A stretch of 64,000 nucleotides of DNA, taken from Candidatus Omnitrophota bacterium. Lineage in GTDB: Bacteria > Omnitrophota > Gorgyraeia > Zapsychrales > Zapsychraceae. Below are positions 18,130 to 25,441 of the stretch, one piece after another. Each line of letters begins with the position of its first letter. The first letter of the stretch is position 1. The DNA is taken from contig JADFYJ010000006.1 of the NCBI GenBank assembly GCA_015233115.1, positions 595 to 64,594 of the forward strand. The letters are read 5' to 3'. The position numbers and the translations under genes are program-made. The notes under the pieces were generated by a model. The model made no database searches and was not told where the DNA came from. It saw only the letters and a program-made list of their open reading frames with translations.

Positions 18130-18701
18130 ACAAGATCGGCATATTAGGCGGCACTTTTAATCCTGTTCACGTCGGGCATTTGGCTGTGGCGGATTACGCG
18201 ATTGAAAAGCTGGGATTAAATAAAGTCATTTTTGTCCCTTCCGCTCTGCCGCCGCATAAATCCGCTAAAGGCGTGATTGAGGCTCATCACCGTTATGAAA
18301 TGCTCAAGATCGCGGCTGGAGAAAATCCGAAATTTGAAGTCTGTGATTTTGAGATCAAACAAGGCGGAAAATCCTACAGTGTTGACACAGTTAAATATCT
18401 GATTAGCCAATACCCGGCTAAAACAAAATTTTATTTTATTATCGGTGAAGATAATTACGCGGGGTTGGCCAAATGGAGAAATATCGACGAGCTTATGGCG
18501 CTCACCGAATTTGTGGTGGTGAGCCGGCCAGAATCCGCGCCTTGCCGGAGTGACGGAAAAGCGCGTTTTTTAAAAATGCCGGGCTTGGAGGTTTCGTCCA
18601 CATATATCAGAAAAAACATTGCGCAACGGACCAGTATTCGGTATCTTATACCTGCGGAAGTTTTGCAATATATTAAGGCGCATAAACTATATTTGTCGTA
18701 G
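18126..18701 (+). CDS. nadD: Nicotinate-nucleotide adenylyltransferase
   Basis: GGTFNPVHVGH, PPHK, VSSTYIR. Confidence 0.95.
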   Translation: MNKIGILGGTFNPVHVGHLAVADYAIEKLGLNKVIFVPSALPPHKSAKGVIEAHHRYEMLKIAAGENPKFEVCDFEIKQGGKSYSVDTVKYLISQYPAKTKFYFIIGEDNYAGLAKWRNIDELMALTEFVVVSRPESAPCRSDGKARFLKMPGLEVSSTYIRKNIAQRTSIRYLIPAEVLQYIKAHKLYLS

Positions 18702-18886
18702 AGTGATTTCAAGTCGTTGTAGAAAAGTATCGTTTTGGTTGTTTTTAAAAATACCATTATTGAATGAAAAGTCATTAATTTAAAAACGATTGATGCGGGC
18801 GATCGGGAGATCGCCCCTACGAAAGAAACGATTATTTAAAGTGTAACAATATTTTGCTGTTGTAGGGGAGATCTCCTGATCTCCCG
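18696..18886. repeat. Cluster of GTAG-family REP sequences
   Basis: Reverse copy at 18796-18821, forward copy at 18861-18886 (compensatory C>A/G>T pair), degenerate copy at 18696-18719 overlapping the nadD stop. Confidence 0.8.
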
Positions 18887-18988
18887 TTACAAAATTATCG
18901 TTTTTTTGTTTTATTTTTTAATAAATTAAACCGTTTTTTTATTTCAAAATAAACATTTTTAAAATATGAAAAATCGAAAGGTCATCAT

Positions 18989-20401
18989 ATGAGTAAACCT
19001 GCTATTAAATTCGGAACAGATGGTTGGAGAGCGGTTATCGCTGATACATTTACTTTTGAAAATGTTGCCATCGTGGCGCAGGCTGTTAGTGAATGGGTGA
19101 AGGATGATTTGGAACCCATTCAAAAGAAAAAAACCGTATGCGTCGGATATGATACCCGTTTTTCCTCGGCCAAATTCGCGGAAATTGTCGCGACGGTGTT
19201 AGCTGCCAATGGTATTTCGGTATTTTTATCGTCGAGCGATTGTCCGACTCCGTCGTTAAGCTATGGCATTACGCGCAAAAAAAGCGTAGCCGGCATCATG
19301 ATTACCGCCAGCCATAATCCAGGCTCATTTAACGGGATAAAAATCCGCACGAAAGAAGGCGGCGTAGCCAGCAATGATGTTACCGCCCGTTTGGAGAAAT
19401 ATATCGGAAAGCATGATGTGAAAATCATGAAACTGGATGAAGCGAAAAAAGCCAAAAAAATTATTATGGTTGATCTGCAAATTGAGCACGCGGCTTTTAT
19501 CCGTAAATATTTGGACCAGTCAAAAATTAAGAACGCCAAATTCCGCGTGTTATGTGATGTGATGCACGGTAGCGGTCGTCATTTAATGAAAGAGGTTTTA
19601 AAAGACTCCAGCATTAAACTGACCATGATGCGCGATGAAATTAACCCGTGGTTTGACGGTGGAAAACCGGAGCCTATACCGGAATATTTGCAAAATACCA
19701 TGGCCCGCGCGAAAAAAGAAAAGTTTGATATCACGTTGGTTTTAGACGGCGATGCGGACCGCATCGGCGCTATCACTTCCGACGGTGAATTTGTGTCTCC
19801 GCAGAAAATATTAGGCCTTTTGGTTTTGCATTTGATATCTAATAAAGGAAAAAAAGGCGGAGTGGTCAAGACGACATGCGGAACGACTATGATTGATAAT
19901 ATTGCTTCCGGGTTGGGCATTGATTTGTTCGAAACGCCGGTGGGTTTTAAATATATTTCTGATCTGATGGTTTCGCGTAAAATCGTTGCCGGCGGTGAAG
20001 AGGCCGGAGGCATGGGCGTGCAGGGTTTTGTCCCGGAACGCGACGGAACTTTGGCTGGATTATTATTGGTTGAGATGATGGTGTTTTATAAAAAGAACTT
20101 GAAACAGATTGTGGCGGATATGGAAAAGAAATACGGCCGTTATTATTATGAACGCGCTGATCTATCGTTGGTCGGCCGCAAATTTGATATTGATAAAGCT
20201 AAGGCTTTAAAAACTTTGTTAGGTCAGAAAGTCGTGGAAGTGAAAGATTTTGACGGCGTAAAACTGGTTTGTGAGAATGAAGACTGGCTGATGCTCCGTC
20301 CGTCAGGAACTGAACCATTAGTCCGCGCTTATTCTGAAGCCAAATCATTGCAACGGGCAAAAGATTTGTTGAAAATCGGCGAAAAACTTTTAACAGCGTA
20401 A
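18989..20401 (+). CDS. Phosphoglucomutase/phosphomannomutase family protein
   Basis: FGTDGWR, ITASHNP, DGDADR, GEEAGG, RPSGTEP. Confidence 0.94.
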   Translation: MSKPAIKFGTDGWRAVIADTFTFENVAIVAQAVSEWVKDDLEPIQKKKTVCVGYDTRFSSAKFAEIVATVLAANGISVFLSSSDCPTPSLSYGITRKKSVAGIMITASHNPGSFNGIKIRTKEGGVASNDVTARLEKYIGKHDVKIMKLDEAKKAKKIIMVDLQIEHAAFIRKYLDQSKIKNAKFRVLCDVMHGSGRHLMKEVLKDSSIKLTMMRDEINPWFDGGKPEPIPEYLQNTMARAKKEKFDITLVLDGDADRIGAITSDGEFVSPQKILGLLVLHLISNKGKKGGVVKTTCGTTMIDNIASGLGIDLFETPVGFKYISDLMVSRKIVAGGEEAGGMGVQGFVPERDGTLAGLLLVEMMVFYKKNLKQIVADMEKKYGRYYYERADLSLVGRKFDIDKAKALKTLLGQKVVEVKDFDGVKLVCENEDWLMLRPSGTEPLVRAYSEAKSLQRAKDLLKIGEKLLTA

Positions 20402-20422
20402 TAATAAAGCGCGCGGTTTGGC

Positions 20423-20510
20423 GGTTTGCATTTAAACCAAATCCTTCGCTCAAACAACCTTGGCGAAGCGCCAAGGAAACTCGCTCTGGGATTCGGTTTA
20501 AACACAAACC
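20423..20510. repeat. Nested palindromic element
   Basis: Outer arms GGTTTGCATTTAAACCAAATCC / GGATTCGGTTTAAACACAAACC; inner CCTTGGCG-AAG-CGCCAAGG. Confidence 0.7.
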
Positions 20511-20536
20511 TTGTATTTGGGGCACGCGGTTTACCT

Positions 20537-21130
20537 ATGTTCAATAAGATTTTCTACTGGATATCTATCTTTGTTCTGCATGTCGCTCGTTGGTTGCATT
20601 TTCCGCTTAAGGTATATGGACGGGAAAATGTTCCGGCTAAAGGGCCGTTTATTATCGCGGGTAATCATCTTAGTAACCTTGATCCGGTCTTAATTCCGAT
20701 CTCTTGCCCCAGGCGTTTGAATTTCGTCGCTAAAGAAGAATTATTCAATAACAAAATATTCGGCTGGGTCCTTTTGACGTTAGGCGCGTTTCCGGTGCGC
20801 AGAGGCCAAACGGATTTGGGCGCGATTCGGGTGTTTTTAGACCGGTTAAAAACTGAACCAGTACTAATTTTCCCCGAAGGCACGCGCATGTCGGAAGGGA
20901 AAGAATTAAAAATACAAGAAGGAGTCGGCCTTCTGGTTAAAAAAACGCATTTACCTGTCGTTCCGGTCTGTGTCGAAGGAACGGATATTGTCATGCCCCG
21001 CGGCGCTAAAACCATGAAACGCCATCCCGTCACCTTAACTTTCGGAAAACCCATTTCTTTCGATCCAGGCCTTTCCCGCGAAGAAATCGCTTATGCTGTT
21101 CTGCAGAAGATATATGAATTGAAAAAATAG
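20537..21130 (+). CDS. plsC: 1-acyl-sn-glycerol-3-phosphate acyltransferase
   Basis: NHLSNLD, FVAKEEL, IFPEGTR; start placed at ATG 20537 because the ORF-track extension crosses the palindrome. Confidence 0.9.
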   Translation: MFNKIFYWISIFVLHVARWLHFPLKVYGRENVPAKGPFIIAGNHLSNLDPVLIPISCPRRLNFVAKEELFNNKIFGWVLLTLGAFPVRRGQTDLGAIRVFLDRLKTEPVLIFPEGTRMSEGKELKIQEGVGLLVKKTHLPVVPVCVEGTDIVMPRGAKTMKRHPVTLTFGKPISFDPGLSREEIAYAVLQKIYELKK

Positions 21131-21144
21131 ATTTTCAAGTCACC

Positions 21145-21173
21145 TTGCCCCTTATCAATATATATGTTATATT
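21145..21173 (+). promoter_or_regulatory. Sigma70-type promoter of the giant gene
   Basis: TTGCCC, 17 bp, TATATT preceded by TGt. Confidence 0.55.
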
Positions 21174-21205
21174 TCCGCTAATTCTAATAAGACAAGGGAT
21201 AGTTT

Positions 21206-24200
21206 ATGTCTCAATTTCGTTTTAGTTTTTGGACTAAATTGGTGTGTTCTTTTTTGTCAGTGATTTTTGCCTTGCAATGCGTTTATCCTTTGCAAGCCGC
21301 GAAAGCTGATGTCTTAACCCTTCCGGCTCCTGGATCAATGGTCAGCATGAGTCCGGCATTCGTTCCAACTTTATTGCGCGGCATGACTGTTCATCCTGAT
21401 AATCCGCTTCGCTTTGATTTTATTTTAGATAAGGGCGAAGCGGAGTCACAAGGTCACAAAGACACAAGGTCACAAAGGGAAATAAGAATTGAAACGGAAA
21501 AGTTGGTAAATTATTTCCTCGCGTCTATGACAGTTCCAGAAAAAGATTTATGGGTCAATCTTTCCCCGAACGAACCAAACCGGATTGTTTCCAAAGATTT
21601 AGGCAAAACTGAAATGGGCCGGGATTTGCTGGCTCAAGATTATATCCTAAAACAATTAACGGCTTCTTTAATGCAGCCGGATGGAGAAGCAGGCAGGGAA
21701 TTGTGGTCCAGAATTTATGAACGGGCTAAAAAAGAATTAAACACGACAGATATCCCTTTAGACACTTTTAACAAAGTCTGGATCCTGCCCGAAAGCGCGA
21801 CCATTTACGAACACAACAATACCGTCTATATCACAGACGCGAAATTGAAGGTTATGACAGATAGTGATTATAATACTAGTTTTAAACAAACTGTCATTCC
21901 CGCGAAAGCGGGAATCCAATTAACTTCTTTAATTAAAAAAATTATCATCCCCGAAATCGAAAAAGAAGTGAACACCGGCAAAAATTTTGCCCAGCTTCGC
22001 CAGATTTATTATTCACTCATTCTCGCCAAATGGTACAAAGACGTAGTCCGAAACAGTCTGCTTGAGAAAGTGTATATTGGAAAAAATAAAGTCGACGGCC
22101 TTGATTTAAACCCAAACCAAACACTTTCTCCGGCCAATATTTACAAACAATACATGTCCGCCTTCAAACAAGGCGTTTACAACAAAATTAAAGAAGAATA
22201 CGACCCCCAAACTCAGCAAATCATAGCCCGAAAATATTTTTCCGGCGGGTTTCAAGACACGGCCATGACCATTAAACAAGCCGACGCAGCGCAGATTACT
22301 CAGGCGCAAGAAGGCGAACAAAGTAGTGTGGCCGTCACATTAGACAACATTTCTGTAAGTCAAGAACCAGAAATAACTGAAAAAAATTTAAATGATTCTG
22401 AACGGATTATTTATAATAAAATTCAATTTCCTGTTTCTCCGGCACTTATCAGAGAAATTAAGAAGAGTAAGAAATTAGCCGAGACATTTTGTCTAATAAC
22501 TGGTATGGAGAAAAATGATTCGTTGCTGGCACAATTTTTGTTGTTTCATTTGTTTATCCGTATGTCAAAAGCAGAAGAGGGAGCTGTTGCAAATGAATTT
22601 TATTCATCGGCAGGTTTATTAAATCCATCTTATCAAGAAAGGCTGCCGGACGAATTAAGAAAAGATCCTCTTAAAGTGTTAAATGATTTTTTAACTGAAA
22701 CTGGGAGGGAAGAACTGCGTGCTAAGAATTTTGAAAATTGGGATGACTTCAAAGATTATTTGCTGAAAACTGATCAAGAGCCGTTATGGGAAATTTTTCA
22801 AGAATGGGTTGCTGCGCTGCCATATCGGAAATTTTTTGAGTTAGCGCATATTGAAAAAGCAGCGCAGTTTTTAAGTACCCGTCCGGATATGGTCCCTGAA
22901 GGTTTCCGGGAATCATTTGAAGTATTTCAAGACCGTGGAAAACCTGCGCCGATCGAAGAAATCGTGTCTGTTGTTGAAGATAATTATGGTCCTTTGGAAA
23001 ATTTATGTGAGAAGCGGCAGGATATCAAGGAAGGAGATAATCCTTATTTAAAACGGCTTAATGTGGGTACTGTCGCCGATACATTTTTGGTGACTTTAAA
23101 GAATGGTCAGCAGGAAGCTTGGAAAATCGTGGCTCCAAGCAAAGAAGCAAAGATTCGTCAAGGTCTTGAAACGCTGCGGGAAGTTATGGGTGAACTCGAA
23201 AAAAACAAAGTTTTTTTTGCCGGCAATGAAACTATCCGGTTATCCCCTGTAAGATTTTTTAAGGAATTTGAAAAAGCAGTGCTCAGAGAACTGGATATGA
23301 ATACTGAAGCAAAGCAGGCACGCGATATGATCCCTCATTTTCCAAAAGGGTTTGCTAAACCTGAAATTAGAGAAAGTAAAAAGCAGATCCTTCGCATGGG
23401 TTTTATCAATGGAACTAAAATAACTTTAGTTACGGACACTGAAATTAGAAAACGCCTAGCGAAAAAGATATTGCCTTTAATTGGTTTACAGGCGTTAGGA
23501 GATGAAATTTTTCATGCGGATCCCCACCCGGGAAATATTTTTTATATTGAAGAAACCGGTGAGATTGTTCTTTTTGATTTTGGTCAGGTGGGGTATTTGA
23601 CGAAGTCCGTGCGAAGGGATTTGGTAAATTTGGCGGTTCAAATTTTACAGCATAGAGAGCAGCGCGGTTTACATCAGGTCATGTACCATGCTATAGGGAA
23701 AATTTTACAATCCAAAATTGCTGCGAAAATGGCAAGATGGGGTTTATTTAATTATTATTGGTATCAAGAGCAAAAAAATCAGAAGAGACCCCAATCTAGC
23801 CCGGATTCAATCCGAAAAACAGAAAATCGACAGAAAGATCACGAATCTGAAATATCATTTGAATCCACCTTGGACTTTGATGATGTGCTTAAAAAAATGG
23901 TTGAAACGACACCCCTTAATATTGATGAAATTTTGGATTTTCTTGAGTTAAAAGGGATACAGAATACAGGATATAACCGTGACAGTTTACACGCAAAAAT
24001 ATCTGAAATCCTCACATCAAAAAGTATTCAAGGGTGGAAAGAGCAACAGCCTTATATTATGGTTGACCGCCTTGTGTATGAAGCAGAAGCTCTTGGGTTG
24101 ATTATTCAGACGCCATATTCTTCCATCATATCGCATATAATGACGTTTGCTCATAAATATGCAGATATGGACGACAATATTGAAGCGGATGAGATCGGAT

Positions 24201-25441
24201 TTAAAACCGAAGTCTCTTCAATTCTGAGATTCCGAAGGGAAGGCGAAAGCATTTTTCCTGTTGTACACCGCATCTTTTTAGCCGCAGACCGGTTTGGATA
24301 TCCGATATTGTCATCTGCCTCAATGCTGATCAAATCCTTACTTTTAGCCGAAGGCGTCCAACGGACGCTGAAACAAAATTTGGAAGGCAGGAATGATTCA
24401 AACGATTCAGCCATGACCATCAAACACGCCGACGCCGCGCAGATAACCCGTGCACAAGTAGGCGAACAAAGTCGAGGCAAAGTTACATTGTCTGATCATG
24501 CGATGCAACAAATTATTTTACCGGATTACGCTGGCAATTTAGACCCATTAGCCTTAGGTGAAAAGCCTAGGAAAGTGATTGAATTAATGCGGAAGGGGCT
24601 CAATGTTCCGAAATTTTTTGTCATAAAATCTAATGGGACGGGAAAACTGGAAATTACAGATGAATTAAGGCGGGTTTTTGATTCTTTTAAAAAACCGGTT
24701 ATTGTCCGCAGTGCGCATCCTATGGAAGGCGGCGAACATCCCTTTCCTGGTATATTTAACAGTTACTCAGCAGTCAGTTATTTGGCTTTCGAAGATATTC
24801 CTGATGGTATACGGCCTGATGCCGAGGGCAAATGGGATAAAGATCCATTAAGCGTTGATTGGGCATATGAAGATATGGTGGAAACAGCATCACCAGATTG
24901 GAATGATAAATTAGATAAATATTTGAAAGCCAATGCTATTAAAGATTTTGATCCAAAAGCAATGGATGCGGTTTTGATGGAACAAGTTGACGTGGAAGTG
25001 TTTGGTATGTTTTTTACAGAAAGCCAAATCCATCCTAATAAAATTGAGATTCGTTATATTATCCCAGACACAAATGATGGCGGAATTATATTGTTTGATA
25101 AAACAACTCAATCACTCGAAGAAAATTCTTTACCACAACGTATCCAGGAAGTTCTTACGGAATTTGGAAAAACTGCGCAAAAGATTCATGACATATATGG
25201 TTTTCAACAAATTGAGTTAGCGTCTTCTAAAATTGATAAAAAGGTTTATGTTTTTCAATCCAGAAATTTTCCTATTGGCGATCCAAACAACGTGGCTCGT
25301 TATCCTGAATATCAAACCATCATGACGCCTAATGCGGTACTTGGTTATGGTGATTATAATCTGCCGGTTATAGTTTTAGATGGGTTAGATAGTGTCACAA
25401 AATATAAGGAAGATCCAAAATATCGAGCCTTGAGTGAATAA
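21206..25441 (+). CDS. Giant secreted multi-module protein, part 1: signal peptide, N-terminal domain, ABC1/UbiB-family kinase, PEP-synthase-like ATP-grasp domain
   Basis: Signal peptide ending AKA|DV; KAAQFLSTRPDMVP, ELDMNTEA, FHADPHPGNI, LFDFG; GEK..GLNVPKFFVI, VIVRSA..E...FPGIFNS, AVLMEQV, VYVFQSR; ends at TAA immediately followed in frame by part 2. Confidence 0.8.
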   Translation: MSQFRFSFWTKLVCSFLSVIFALQCVYPLQAAKADVLTLPAPGSMVSMSPAFVPTLLRGMTVHPDNPLRFDFILDKGEAESQGHKDTRSQREIRIETEKLVNYFLASMTVPEKDLWVNLSPNEPNRIVSKDLGKTEMGRDLLAQDYILKQLTASLMQPDGEAGRELWSRIYERAKKELNTTDIPLDTFNKVWILPESATIYEHNNTVYITDAKLKVMTDSDYNTSFKQTVIPAKAGIQLTSLIKKIIIPEIEKEVNTGKNFAQLRQIYYSLILAKWYKDVVRNSLLEKVYIGKNKVDGLDLNPNQTLSPANIYKQYMSAFKQGVYNKIKEEYDPQTQQIIARKYFSGGFQDTAMTIKQADAAQITQAQEGEQSSVAVTLDNISVSQEPEITEKNLNDSERIIYNKIQFPVSPALIREIKKSKKLAETFCLITGMEKNDSLLAQFLLFHLFIRMSKAEEGAVANEFYSSAGLLNPSYQERLPDELRKDPLKVLNDFLTETGREELRAKNFENWDDFKDYLLKTDQEPLWEIFQEWVAALPYRKFFELAHIEKAAQFLSTRPDMVPEGFRESFEVFQDRGKPAPIEEIVSVVEDNYGPLENLCEKRQDIKEGDNPYLKRLNVGTVADTFLVTLKNGQQEAWKIVAPSKEAKIRQGLETLREVMGELEKNKVFFAGNETIRLSPVRFFKEFEKAVLRELDMNTEAKQARDMIPHFPKGFAKPEIRESKKQILRMGFINGTKITLVTDTEIRKRLAKKILPLIGLQALGDEIFHADPHPGNIFYIEETGEIVLFDFGQVGYLTKSVRRDLVNLAVQILQHREQRGLHQVMYHAIGKILQSKIAAKMARWGLFNYYWYQEQKNQKRPQSSPDSIRKTENRQKDHESEISFESTLDFDDVLKKMVETTPLNIDEILDFLELKGIQNTGYNRDSLHAKISEILTSKSIQGWKEQQPYIMVDRLVYEAEALGLIIQTPYSSIISHIMTFAHKYADMDDNIEADEIGFKTEVSSILRFRREGESIFPVVHRIFLAADRFGYPILSSASMLIKSLLLAEGVQRTLKQNLEGRNDSNDSAMTIKHADAAQITRAQVGEQSRGKVTLSDHAMQQIILPDYAGNLDPLALGEKPRKVIELMRKGLNVPKFFVIKSNGTGKLEITDELRRVFDSFKKPVIVRSAHPMEGGEHPFPGIFNSYSAVSYLAFEDIPDGIRPDAEGKWDKDPLSVDWAYEDMVETASPDWNDKLDKYLKANAIKDFDPKAMDAVLMEQVDVEVFGMFFTESQIHPNKIEIRYIIPDTNDGGIILFDKTTQSLEENSLPQRIQEVLTEFGKTAQKIHDIYGFQQIELASSKIDKKVYVFQSRNFPIGDPNNVARYPEYQTIMTPNAVLGYGDYNLPVIVLDGLDSVTKYKEDPKYRALSE
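21445..21476 (+). repeat. 8-mer tandem repeat arm inside the giant CDS
   Basis: GTCACAAG GTCACAAA GACACAAG GTCACAAA, translated as SQGHKDTRSQR. Confidence 0.75.
21892..21918 (+). repeat. CGTC/dRS3-like REP palindrome inside the giant CDS
   Basis: TGTCATTCCCGC-GAAA-GCGGGAATCCA, translated as VIPAKAGIQ. Confidence 0.85.

Noticed and set aside
24950-24966. DPKAM inside the ATP-grasp domain as another boundary motif
   Set aside because: Wrong spacing, and it lies immediately before the conserved AVLMEQ strand within the domain
25439-25441. Stop-codon reassignment (TAA as sense) to explain the split giant gene
   Set aside because: TAA ends most ribosomal protein genes in this window, and TAG and TGA also act as stops
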